Assembly (NCBI GenBank): GCA_002269645.1
Contig: NIVC01000423.1
Span: 1-64,000 of the forward strand
Origin: Macrostomum lignano
Lineage: Eukaryota
DNA length: 64,000 bases
Direction of reading: 5' to 3'
In this document: positions 19,845 through 32,800 of the stretch, piece by piece
How positions within the stretch are numbered: position 1 is the stretch's first letter
Layout of the letters: every line of letters begins with the position of its first letter
The notes under the pieces: generated by a model
What the model was told of the DNA's origin: nothing
What the model saw: only the letters and a program-made list of their open reading frames with translations
Databases searched by the model: none
Translations under genes and position numbers: made by a program

Positions 19845-22820
19845 TCAGTGCAAAGCGTAGGACAGGCTCGGCGTCTCGCCATCCCGACGCTGGCGACGTC
19901 GATCAACCAGCGAGGTCAGCTGGCCCCGAGCCTCGCGCAGCTGTCGCTCAGTTGACCGAATCAGCTCCTTTTTGCGAGCGGCCTCCTCTCGAAGGCTGGC
20001 CAAGCGTTCGTCCGTGAGGCCACTGGATACTCCGCTACTGCAAGCGACATCAAGTCAAAATGGGGGAGGGGTTGGCATGCACTTTTGCTTATGGACTTTT
20101 TGACAAAAGAAATATGCTGTGGCTCATGGGTTGTTGCTGAGATGCTGTGGCTCATGGGGTGTTGCTGAGATGCTGTGGCTCATGGGGTGTTGCTGAGATG
20201 CTGTGGCTCATGGGGGTTCCTAAGATGCTGTGGCTCATGGGGGGTTGCTGAGATGCTGTGGCTCATGGGTTGTTGCTGAGATGCTGTGGCTCATGGGGTG
20301 TTGCTGAGATGCTGTGGCTCATGGGGTGTTGCTGAGATGCTGTGGCTCATGGGGTGTTGCTGAGATGCTGTGGCTCATGGGGTGTTGCTGAGATGCTGTG
20401 GCTCATGAGGGGGGGTGTTCCTGAGATGCTGTGGCTCATGGGGGTTCCTGGGATTCTGTGGCTCATGGGGTGTTGCTGAGATGCTGTGGCTTATGGGGGT
20501 TCCTGGGATTCTGTGGCTCATGGGGTGTTGCTGAGATGCTGTGGCTTATGGGGGTTCCTGGGATTCTGTGGCTCATGGGGTGTTGCTGAGATGTTGTGGC
20601 TTATGGGGGTTCCTGGGATTCTGTGGCTCATGGGGTGTTGCTGAGATGTTGTGGCTTATGGGGGTTCCTGGGATTCTGTGGCTCATGGGGTGTTGCTGAG
20701 ATGCTGTGGATCATGGGGTGCTGCTGAGATGCTGTGGCTCATGGGGTGTTGCTGAGATGCTGTGGCTTATGGGGGTTCCTGGGATTCTGTGGCTCATGGG
20801 GTGTTGCTGAGATGTTGTGGCTTATGGGGGTTCCTGGGATTCTGTGGCTCATGGGGTGTTGCTGAGATGTTGTGGCTTATGGGGGTTCCTGGGATTCTGT
20901 GGCTCATGGGGTGTTGCTGAGATGCTGTGGATCATGGGGTGCTGCTGAGATGCTGTGGCTCATGGGGTGTTGCTGAGATGCTGTGGCTTATGGGGGTTCC
21001 TGGGATTCTGTGGCTCATGGGGTGTTGCTGAGATGTTGTGGCTTATGGGGGTTCCTGGGATTCTGTGGCTCATGGGGTGTTGCTGAGATGCTGTGGATCA
21101 TGGGGTGCTGCTGAGATGATGTGGCTCATGGAGTGTTGCTGAGATGCTGTGGCTTATGGGGGTTCCTGGGATTCTGTGGCTCATGGGGTGTTACTGAGAT
21201 GCTGTGGCTCATGGGGTGTTGCTGAGATGCTGTGGCTCATGGGGTGTTGCTGAGATGCTGTGGCTCATGGGGTGCTGCTGAGATGCTGTGGCTCATGGGG
21301 TGTTGCTGAGATGCTGTGGCTCATGGGGTGTTGCTGAGATGCTGTGGCTTATGGGGTTCCTGGGATTCTGTGGCTCATGGGGTGTTGCTGAGATGCTGTG
21401 GCTCATGAGGGGGGTGTTCCTGAGATGCTGTGGCTTATGGGGGTTCCTGGGATTCTGTGGCTCATGGGTTGTTGCTGAGATGCTGTGGCTTATGGGGGTT
21501 CCTGGGATTCTGTGGCTCATGGGGTGTTGCTGAGATGCTGTGGTTCATGAGGTGTTGCTGAGATGCTGTGGCTCATCGGGTGTTGCTGAGATGCTGTGGC
21601 TCATAGGGGAAGGGGGGTTGCTGAGATGCTGTGGATCATAGGAGGGTTGCTGAGATGCTGTGGCTCATGGGGGTGTTGCTGAGATGCTGTGGATCATAGG
21701 AGGGTTGCTGAGATGCTGTGGCTCATCGGGTGTTGCTGAGATGCTGTGGATCATAGGAGGGTTGCTGAGATGCTGTGGCTCATCGGGTGTTGCTGAGATG
21801 CTGTGGCTCATAGGGGAAGGGGGGTTGCTGAGATGCTGTGGATCATAGGAGGGTTGCTGAGATGCTGTGGCTCATGGGGGTGTTGCTGAGATGCTGTGGA
21901 TCATAGGAGGGTTGCTGAGATGCTGTGGCTCATGGGGGTGTTGCTGAGATGCTGTGGCTCATTGGGGGTGTTGCTGAGATGCTGTGGCTCTATAGGGAGC
22001 TGCTGGTAGGCCAAGCATAAATGGGAGTGTACTTAACCCCTAACCCCTAAGAGTTAGGGGTTAAGCCATGGCCTAAAAAGAGGCTTTGATATCGAAATTC
22101 AAATGGGTGCTGATAGCTTTTGGCTTTAAAAGTCATTTTCCTTAATAAACTAACGATAGTGATTGCACAAGGTTAAAAGCTACATGTGGCTTATTTAACA
22201 AAAAAAATTACTTTCTTTGTTGCCTCCCAAACGAGGGGCGAAGATGGCTAGTCTAATATACTTAACATTCTACTAATAGTAAGACCTTATTAATCTAGCA
22301 TACGGTGGCTGCACTGATGAACATGTCTGACTTCAGGGTGTACAGCAGCCCTTGACTCTGCAATCGTCAGGCATTTACATTCTCTGGCTCTTGGCCAGCA
22401 TGGCCGTGAATCGCCTATGTTTCACCTATGTTAAAGTATGCACAGAAATATTAGACTGGAGAGACTACTCTTGGCTCCATCCCCCAATATTACGCCTCCC
22501 CCCGGCAATTACCTGCGAGCATTCTGCAAGAACACGAACCGCCGCTGTCTGAACCAGGCGTCCAACTGCTTGGCAGACTCGGCCGCCTGGCCGCACATGC
22601 TCTCGGCCGTGTTCCGGCACTCCGGCAGCTCGGCGCCCTGCTCAATTAACGACTCAACGCTGGTTAATAGTTCTAATAGGCGGCTAACAGAGTGCTCAAA
22701 CTCGGCCAGAGGCCGCTCCTCGGCGGCCGCTGCGGCTGCAGTTTCAGCGGCGACTGCGGCAGCCGTGGCAGCTGCCTCCGCCGCGGCCACCTGATCGTGG
22801 GCTGCGGACGCTTCAGACAT
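19845..22820 (-). CDS. MED28: Mediator complex subunit 28
   Basis: Exons 22820-22513 and 20037-19845, phase-2 GT-AG junction. AEFEHSVSRLL..AKQLDAWFRQRRFVF..LASLREEAARKKELI resembles the MED28 pattern DEFESSF..ARQTECFFLQKR..VSELRNELQRKDALV. Confidence 0.75.
20110..21985. repeat. 28-bp minisatellite filling the MED28 intron
   Basis: Unit GCTGAGATGCTGTGGCTCATGGGGTGTT with variant and higher-order units. Confidence 0.97.
22215..22262 (+). mobile_element. Related Helitron-like 3' end with CTAG|TC junction, in the MED28 intron
   Basis: CTTTGTTGCCTCCCAAACGAGGGGCGAAGATGGCTAG|TCTAATATACT is clearly similar to the 18.6-19.1 kb unit. Confidence 0.5.
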
Positions 22821-22839
22821 GCAAAAGAAGTATTCATTC

Positions 22840-23062
22840 TTAGCTAGCCATTCTTATCTCACCTGCCTGGAGTCATTAATAATTAGCCACATGTATCTCA
22901 CCTGCCTGAAGTCAAGAATAATTAGCTATCCGTATCTCACCTGCCTGGAGTCAATAACTAGTCCTCCTTATCTCACCTGCTTGGAGTCATTAATTAATTA
23001 GCCATTCTTATCTCACCTGCCTGGAGTCATTAACTAATTAGCCATCCTTATCTCACCTGCCT
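22840..23062. repeat. ~39-bp repeat (6 copies) just upstream of the MED28 ATG
   Basis: TATCTCACCTGC core at 22855, 22894, 22933, 22969, 23009 and 23049. Confidence 0.9.
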
Positions 23063-23323
23063 CGAGGCCCCACTAAACTAATTTCAACTTTCAAGTATCA
23101 GTCAACTGTAGCACTATAATTTACATGTCAATGAATAAAAATAAGAAACCAGTAACCAAAAAATAATAGGCATAATCTTATAGTCGGCAAAATAGATTTT
23201 AATTGCCATAAAAAGAAAATACAAATTTACTGTCTAAGCAGAACTTATGACATAACAATAACACTAAAACATAATATTAATGCTTAGTCTAGTAGTTTAA
23301 CACCTGCAAACATTTGTTATTAA

Positions 23324-24225
23324 TTAGTTAGTGAGCAAATTTTCCACTGGCTCATCAGACGGAGGCTGGGAGGAGTCGGCAGCGGCGCCATCTCTAGCGA
23401 CCGCTTCGGCGGCTGCCGCTGCCTCGGCGGCCCGAGCTTCAACAAATCTGCGGTGCTCGTCGCGGAAGCTGGAACAGGGCACCTGGCCGAACACCTCGCA
23501 AATGCAGTGGCGCTTGCAGTTGTAGCCGAAATTGGCCGGGTTGCGAACCACCTGACGCCGGAGGTTCTCTTCCGCGACTTCTTCAGGTGTTTTGCATAGA
23601 ATATTGCGCACATGCTCCTGATGGCGGGAAATGAGAGGCTGGGCACTTGCAGAGTCATTTCGACTGAGGATCTGGGAGGCTGGCCCAGCAACTGAGGATC
23701 TGGGAGGCGGGAGCAACTGGGGATCTGGGAGGCTGGCAGCCCAGCAACTGAGGATCTGGGAGCCAGTGGGAGGCTGGTCTAGCAACTGACACTATGGGAG
23801 GCTAGCCCAGCAACTGAGGATCTGGGAGACAGTGGGAGGCTGGTCTAGCAACTGACACTATGGGAGGCTAGCCCAGCAACTGACACTATGGTAGGATTAG
23901 GGGATTTGGCACCAACCTGAATCTCCTGCCGTTTCCGATGCGAGCAGTCGATGAGAAGCTCACGCCTGCCCTCAGCCTCCATATAGCATTGGATGAAGGG
24001 CGTGGGCGCCAGGTTCTGCATGGTGAGCATCTGCACTGATGGATTCTTGAACTGCAACTGAGGCAGCGTCATCCGCAGGAAATCGTTGACACCCTGCGAC
24101 ACTGGCTGATTGGGCAGGTAGTTAAATGCCAGAATTTTCACACTATCGCGCAGTATTAAGCTGCCAGATTGCAGATAGGCCTTGGTGAATGTCACCGCCT
24201 GGCTGCCACCTTTCATAAATACCAT
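23324..24225 (-). CDS. MRPS25: Mitochondrial ribosomal protein S25
   Basis: Exons 24225-23917 and 23617-23324. Motifs: DSVKILAFNY, PQLQFKNPSVQ, PTPFI, EHVRNIL, PANFG..RHCICEVFGQVPC. Confidence 0.93.
23665..23890. repeat. ~28-bp repeat in the MRPS25 intron
   Basis: Unit CAGCAACTGAGGATCTGGGAGGCTGGCC and variants. Confidence 0.85.
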
Positions 24226-26822
24226 TTTGCTGCAGAAGTTGGCAATTTTTAGAATCAATATTGTTGTAAATAAGATATTAGTACATAGGACATAATAACT
24301 TGGTACTGAATGTGAATAGCATTATTTATAAATATTATGATGTACATTGTATTATAATCTTTCTAGTTTGCTATCTTAGAAGACCCCATATCTAGAAATT
24401 AATTTAGTTAGCATAATCAATGGATAATAGGGACAACATATTCAGTGGCTAAAAAATACATTTTGATGAGCATTGATTGCTTATACAAGCTATATTTAGT
24501 AAAATAAGAAATAAAAAAAACTTTTATTGTAATAAGAGCAATCATAATTTACATACATATAACTAGTCTTGATCTAGTGCAATGGTAAGCAAACTTTTTT
24601 TACTGCAAGGGCCAGATTAAGAATCTAGCTAATGGTTAATGACTCATGTTTTATGAAAGATAAGAGAGCAAAAAAAAGAATAGCAAAAAGAGATAAGCAG
24701 GTTTTTTCATTTGAAAATATGTGCTATATGGTAACTTACCCAAAAATGTATGCTATTTTGAAACTCAATGTGCCTGTGACTATGTCTATGATACATTAAA
24801 AAACAATTTATCTGACACAAATAAATTTTTAGAGCTAGAAATTTTCTTTTGTTGCAGCAATTCTACTGAGGTCTTTAGTTTTTTAAACTCAAAACTCAAA
24901 AGAGAATGTGCCAAATTGAAAATAAATATATGCCAAAATGACACTTAGCCTTCAAAGTTTTGGGAAAAATATGGCAAGGGCACAAATTTCACACAAAAAA
25001 CCTAGAGATAATAGAAAGAAAGATAATATTAATAAGGAAGAAAAAAGGAATGCTTTAACAGGCTAACTAGTAGATTACTATTACAGTTTCAAGACCTAGG
25101 CTAGAGGCTAAATAGAGTAGAGTCCATAAGATTACTCAACTCAAAGGTATTCAATCCTATTATTTTTACATACTAAAGCTCAAGAAATTTCTATCATATT
25201 TCTTGATACTTGACTTTTGAGTAGTTAATAAGATTCAGTAGCCTATCTGATGGTAACTTGTAATGTAATATATATATATACATTATTGTAGGCCTATTCC
25301 AAGAAAAAGATGATAAGATTTTTATACTTTTTATAAAATAATTTATTTATAAATATATAGTCTAATAAGTAATAATAGCCAATAATAAACACTACTACTC
25401 AAGTTTGAATTCATTATTTGAATTTTATTATTATTATTATTAGCTTACCCAACAATAAACTTAAGCTTGGCTTGAACAAAGAATCTAGGCTTATTAAAAG
25501 TCTAATAGAAAGGCTTTTTTAGGCTATATATAGTCTATAAGCTATAGTTTGCTAATCTTTAATCTAATCTAATGCCTATAGCTAGAGCTTATTAATAATA
25601 AAATAACATTGTGATTTTATTAGTAATAGATCAAATATAGATTTTTGTAAGTTTTTAAAACCAAATCTAAATGTACAAAAACATTTTAAAATTCAAATCT
25701 AAATATTTAGTAATTTTCCAATAACAATGTAAAATAAAAATATTAATATTAAAAGTAACTATACTATTTTTTGAGTTAAAAATGCTTTGTCATTTATTAA
25801 GGCCTTAATGATCTAATTAGTTTCATAAATAATATGAATTGACTAAAATGGATCTATTTTATCTAGGCCTATCTATTATCTAGTGAATCTAATTCAAGAG
25901 GATACTGGATAGACTTGGAAATTAAGTTTTTTTGTTAATTGTTTCATGAAATTATTCAGAAGCACATTTGGAAAGATTTAGAAAAAATTCCAATCCATTT
26001 CATATTTCTAAAATATGAGACATTTTTTAATTTGGATTTTGGCAATAGTATCATCTAGCCACCCATTATTAATATTATTATTTATTTATCTAGCAATATT
26101 ATTTTATAAGTCTGTTTTGAGCTAAACCAAGACTAGGCTAGTGCACTGCACTTTTTCGTTATTAAATAAAATAAGCATAACTCGTACATGTGCCAAGTCG
26201 TATGATATGTATACCTGTTGTATGGTGGCCTAAGGTTATTTAAATTTAAAACTGTCTTTTTATTTTAAAGCTCGTATGTATTATAAGTAGGCCTATCTTA
26301 AATTGCATTCTGATTATGTTGATAGGCTCAGAGGCATGTTAGATCGCAATCTCAACTTATAAACATGCCAACTAATGAATTTGGTTGGGTTGCAATATAT
26401 AGAGTCATGAATGCCCTACTCCATCCTCAAGTTGAATTATCGTTCCCTGTGGAACCTCTTTATCGTTAAAGGAACAAAAAATTACAATCGACTGAAATAC
26501 TTCGTCAAAAAAGCTTGCTATAAAATTGCTTAAAAGATTTTTTTATAGTTCAGGTTTATGCGAATAGACTGGAAAAAAACTATGTCATGTTAAAAACAGT
26601 CTTTACAGGAAACATATTTAGTTTTCGTTTTTAAAATAACTGTTGTGGCCATTATTATCAAATCATCAAGTTGACTGACTGATAACAACATCGGGCCTGT
26701 TGACATAATACTATACTATACTAATAAACGTAATCTGTGCAATCATTATATGACTATTCTATATTGCTACATTAGTATATTAACTGATATATAGTATAGG
26801 CTAGGCTTTTATTTGAATTATA

Positions 26823-29800
26823 ATGACAAGCGAAGAAGTCTGTCTATTGTTCTTAGACTATTTTGCACATCAAAAAGAAATAGAAACTCACGAGGTAAGC
26901 ATTTTTATTTAAGGCAAAAAATGACCATTATTGCAGTTGCTGAAATAGGCGTTTAGACATTAATTAAAGTGATATCGATGTGCCATTGGCATTGTGCAAA
27001 AGCTAACAATCAGAAAATTTGCTATTATTAATTTAATTGTGACCATTTAGACCTAGGGCTAGGCCTACTGCATTTTGTACTATTTAATTTTTTGTTTGGA
27101 ATATTTCTTTTATTTAATACTTCCAGCTTTTTTTTGTTTTTAAATTTAAAATTTGCATCAATACCATTTTTACTAAAGTTAGGACTTAGAATTTTTAGTA
27201 TATAGGATTTGAATAGGCCTATTTATTAAATTTTTAATTTGAATTAAAAATGTCTTACTTTTTTAGAAGGCAAAGCTTATCCCCTTTTTTACCATAGGAA
27301 TAACTTATGTCTTATTCTTACAGTACCATGGGAATAATATTTTGCTTATTTTTATGTCAAACTGACAAGATAGCTTTTTTATTTTCTTATAGACTCCTAT
27401 GCCATTTTTAATCTTATATATATGCTAGAAATTTTTGGCATACAATGGACATGAAAAAATGGTTGGCATAAATATCTAGCAGAAAATTGCATTACAAAGC
27501 TGCTAGCATATGGTATAGCTATTGGTATACAAAAGATACAATAATTCAAAAGTGTCCTACATTGTTGTAACATTTTCCTAGTATGTTTGGCATATATATC
27601 ACAAGTAAATTTGTTTTTCTGGCATAGACTATTAAACCATTTCCTTACTTATGGTGAAGGGTTCACTTTTTTGGCATACTATGTAACAGATTTGAAATTT
27701 GGTTCCCGCCGAAGTCGTCATATTCGAGATCGTCATCTGCGGCTTACGAGAAAAACAACTAAATTATCTAAATCGTCATCATCTCAGTATTGGACAATGC
27801 TGCATTCACTAAATCGTCATATTATGTTGCATTGGCTGCGCAAGGATCTTAGCTCATGGCGGCAGCGTGTTCTTGTTTGCCAACAAATTAAAACAATTTA
27901 TAGTGTATTCTCAGTAGTCATGTGTGGCAGTCGGTGCCACTTAATTGATATTTGTGAACTAATAACCATTACTTTAATAACTCATTTAAAAGGAAAACTG
28001 CTACAAATGTTTAATTTTTGTCCGCTCATTGTTCAATTTTTGTCACATTTCCATTGACTAGAGGTTCCAGAAATTGTTCTGTTCTTCCTTTGGTTGGAAA
28101 AGTAGGTCTTGGTCAAATCTTGGTCAAAACTTTTGTTTTAATTTTGTTGCTTGCATGTTTGTGAGCCGTTCCATCGGTAGTCTCCACGCATGGGATTTTT
28201 GGTCCAGTAGTGTGTCTAGCGGCACCCCCACCCGTTGATTGTAACCTCCTTTTTTTAATATTTATACTGCCTTGATATGCCGCCTAATTTTCAACCCCTT
28301 TTTCCTTTTTCTTGTCTTTTTCTTTTTGCGTTCGACAGTTTAGTTCAAATTTTTTTATTAGTTTTGCGCACTTTAGACTTGTTAGTTTTATTTTATAGTT
28401 TTATTAGATTTATAAGACTTGAGAACCCGGCTGTCGGAGTAAGCAGGAGAAAGAAAATTTTGTTGTGATTCGTCTGCGCAATTTCTCTGGATTAATTTGC
28501 GCGAACGCAACGCCGACCCTGATTGCTGATGCAGCAATCAGGGGTGAATCAGCATTAATTGACACAGTTAATATAAAAATTACGGGTGCATATGCAAGGG
28601 ATTTTTGCCCAAAGGTAGAAAAATCCAAAATTAATACACCCTTGCCTTTGGTCAAAGTCGTCATATTTAAATGTTTAAGTCTTCAAGATTTGTTTAAGTC
28701 GTCATCATCATATGACGATTTTAAATATGACAATTTCGGCTGCACCCTGAAAATTTGGCTATAGATATTATAATGAATAATTAATATCTTATTTGCAAAG
28801 CACAATGACAAAATAGTTATTTATAAGTTATTAACAAGCCAAGTCTATCCTATCTTCTTATAGATACTAATAAGAAGAATTCATAGCTGGTTTTGTAGAA
28901 ATAAAAATTAAATCGTATTTTAAGTAAATAAAACATTTTATAAAAGATAAGGCAATTATCTTATTAGTATACCATGTAGATAAAACAAAAATTATTCACA
29001 TGGTACTTTAGGAATAAGATAAAAATTATTCTTTGGTGCCCTAGGGATGCACTACCTTTATTAGCAATAAGAATGTTTAGAATTTAATTTTTTCTATGAA
29101 TATTTCTAAATGTGTTTCTAAATATGAAAAAGAATCAAGAAACCAAAATAAATTCAGGCATAAAAGAAATAAAACTTTTGAAATAAGAAGCTAAATTTAA
29201 AAAATTAAAAGGTCATTTATTTTTAAAATTGTCTGTTTTGCATTAGTATTTAAAGAAAGTTTTATTAAGTAAAGTTACTAAACTTAAAGACCTTTGAGAA
29301 ATAAAACCAACTTTGGAAAGTTGCAAAACCATTTTAAGTAATTAAGTATATAGATTGTTTAAGTATATTCATTAATCATTTAAAATGCAAATGCATACAT
29401 GCGCAACTGCTGGCCGACCTGGCCGATCCGGCCACCGTAAATCGTGGCTGACCAGGGGTAAGTTGCAAAATTGAGTCAACCAAAAACAGAAAAACACAAG
29501 AACCAAGAAAGGCAAGGGGAAAGCGAAAAAAGAGCAGTTCTGTAAACTGTAAAAAAGCAGAACATTTTTGAGGTTCTGTAAGTCTATGACTGACCTTTCT
29601 CTACTTAATCGTCCATATCTCTTGAAGCACAGATTCAAATCTCTTGCAATTGGTGTCATTTTAAAGAAGAGACTTGCCGCTTTCAAATGACACCAAGCAC
29701 ATGCAAGTGTGACTGTCCATACGTCCACACCAAGCAAAAGTAACACTACTTTCTTAAGGTTGGTAACATTACTTAGGTTGGTGTCTCTTCAACTCTCATC

Positions 29801-32800
29801 TCTCTCTTCTTCTCTACCTTGCCTCCCCTCTTCTCTCTCTCCCCCTTTTCCCTCTTCTCTCTCCTCTCTTCTCCTCCTTTCTCTCTACCCTTTCTCCTCA
29901 ATGCCCTCTTCTCTCCTCTTATCTTCAGCAAAAATATGTGCATATTTTCTTACTTCAAAGTAGAGGGAATAGAAGATTAGAGATAAGCAAACAGAGGAGA
30001 GGCGAGCGATGCGATGGGAGAAAAGATAGAAGAGGAGAGAAAAGCTGAGGGAGGAAAAAGAGATGAGAGAGAAGAGGAGATGAGAGGAAAGAGGAAAGAA
30101 AAGATGATGGATGAGATCAGAAGAGAGGAAAGAGGAAAGAGAAGAAAGTAGATGAGAGAAGAGAGGATAAAGAGGAGATGAGAGGAGAGTGAAGAGAGGA
30201 GAGATGAGAGAGTAGAAAAGAGAGGAGAGATAAGATGAGAGAGTAGAGTGGAGAGAGACGAGAGGGAAGATAAGATGAGAGAGTAGAGTGGAGTGGAGAG
30301 AGACGAGAGGAGAGATAAGAATGTAGAGAGGAGACAGAAGAGATAGGAGAGGAGAGAGGAGAGAGGAGAGAGGAGAGGAAAGAGAGAAGGGATAAGGGAT
30401 GAGAGAGAAGAAAAAGAGGATGAGAAGATTGAGGAATGGAGAGAATTTGCAAAGGCCTCAAATCTTAGTTTAACATGCATTACTCCCATCTTTGCCTTTT
30501 TCCTAACTGTTAACAAGTTTTTGTTTGAGCATGACTTCAAATTTAGAATCTATGCAAAATAGTTCCGGGAATTGGAATTCAGTGGTTTCAAAATCTGTGG
30601 GTTTTCACAGCTTGTATCTCTACTGGATTCGTATTCTGCATCTGATGAGCCATCTGAATCAGGGCTCTCATCTTCCATGCCAAATCGTTCTTGAGCTATA
30701 GGTCACACTGTATTCACTTCACTTACTTCTGGACATTCATGAATCATGACTTTTGTAGTATGCTCACTACACTGTACTGACAATTTACTAATTGCTTCAT
30801 GCCGCCACTAGATGACATACTGATTAGCTGTTATAAAAACGCCGAATCTGCACGCAGCACTAATTAGCTGGCGAGGCATTTAGCTTTTAAAATATGGTCA
30901 TAGTTACTCCTGCCGTTTACCTAAAGTTTTTGCTAGGCTCTTTCATAGGTAAGTCGCATTTTTTATCGAAAACTAAGTCGCACGGCCAGCGTAATTTCAG
31001 AAGTTGCGCATGTATGTGCAAATGCATAGACTTACAGTAAAGTTATTAAATTATCAAGTTATACAAATGTAACATCAATTAGTATTAATAGTTAGAATTA
31101 GTTAGATTAGATATATAAGAATATGTTCTATTCAAACTTACTTATTTTTACTTAGATAGATATATTTTAACCCTGCAACAAATAGAATATTGTCAGTCAA
31201 TTTATGTGTGATACTAATTAGATCATTAATTAGATGACAAGGTAGATTTAGTTTCAGAAAACCATTTAGGTTTGAAAATTTCTAGCATTTAATCATAGAA
31301 AACTCTAATTATGCATTGATATTTTTTAGATATTTTTTGTTTAAAATAGGAATAATTCATAATATTTTTTATAAACATTCTTTATAAACTTTTCTTGGGA
31401 AACTTATTTGCAAAGTTGAAGGACTTTTCAAAAGACATTTTAGTGTACCATTACAAAACATTATATTTTAACAATATAGCTAGCATATATTAAATTTTTG
31501 ATATCATTGTGTAATGAATTTTTTAATGGTAGTGTTTTTTTAACACTAAATTAGATCGATTAAATAATACTGTAGTTTGGAGAATTGATAATTATAAAAA
31601 AAAAACCAATATTTTATAATCAATAATGTATAGCAATGTTTTAATTTACCAATTTTTAAAATGAGATTTTGCTTTTTTATCTATATGCACTATTCTACTC
31701 TTCATTGTTTTACTCTGCTAATACTAATATAATCTACTGATTTAGTTTGTTGATATGCACTTTGTTAGCTAGCCAAATACATTCTCTGGCATTCAAAAAA
31801 AAACAGAACCTACAATATGGGTTGCCATGTCTATGACTTGCTAATATGCATGCAGAAAGGCAAATTTAAGTAAAAAAAGGGACTTCAATAAGGGTCCCAT
31901 TACTTGCCAGTTTATATGCAAAAGATAGAGTAAAAATAAGGAACTCTATTTGTCTGTAAGATGTTGCTTGCACACCAATATAGAAAAGTCAATGCCACAA
32001 TATGGTGCTAGATAGACATAAAAATAATTTAAAGGGCTGCTTGCACTTAGCAGGGCCAACTTATATATTTTGCTATCACTAATTGCATTATAATCAATTC
32101 TTGAAGCGAGTAGTTGGCTGTGATTACTTATATAGGATAGCAATAGCACCAAACCAAGTGAGCAAGACATACACTGTCCCATAAATGGATTTGATACAAT
32201 CAAAATTTTAATATTAAAAATTATCATATGATGACTTCAACCATTTCCCTTTACAAAATAAGGGCATATCTAAGATTTTTTAACTTTAGCATACTTAATT
32301 AGGATATATACTAGGCCTATAGTTAAATCTATAAAATTGCCTATGTTCAGAAAAGTAAATCTAAAAGTCAAATTTGCATTTATTAAAAATAGTAGGGGCC
32401 TATTTTCCCACTAAACTCGCTCATACTATCAAATTTGACCCATCTTTTCCAGTTTTTTTTCAATGTTAAACTATGAAGATCAGATCCTCAGAAGTCAGGA
32501 TTGGGATCAGGATTTTGTCCAACCACTAAGTAGGAACCCAACAGATATTACAATATTAAGGCCTAATGAATAGTTTGATATCTTGTGAGCAATGCACGGA
32601 TAATCAAAGGCTAAGGTAATTAATTGCTTCATATTCGCAGGAAGTGCAATGCGACACTGTGCTATTCAATCCAAGCGTTCGCCTACGAGAGGCCCGCATT
32701 GTGCCATTCGGCGTGGCCATCAAGAGCGAACTGCAGCGCTCCGAGCCGATGGTTGGCCTTACTGGGCCTTCGCAGTTCAATGTGGAATTCTTCGCCCGCC

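Noticed and set aside
29372-30800. Cys/His-containing and acidic ORF fragments suggesting a PHD finger or transposase
   Set aside because: Multiple stops and no coherent motif spacing; only short inverted repeats (about 29393 and 31000) hint at a decayed element.
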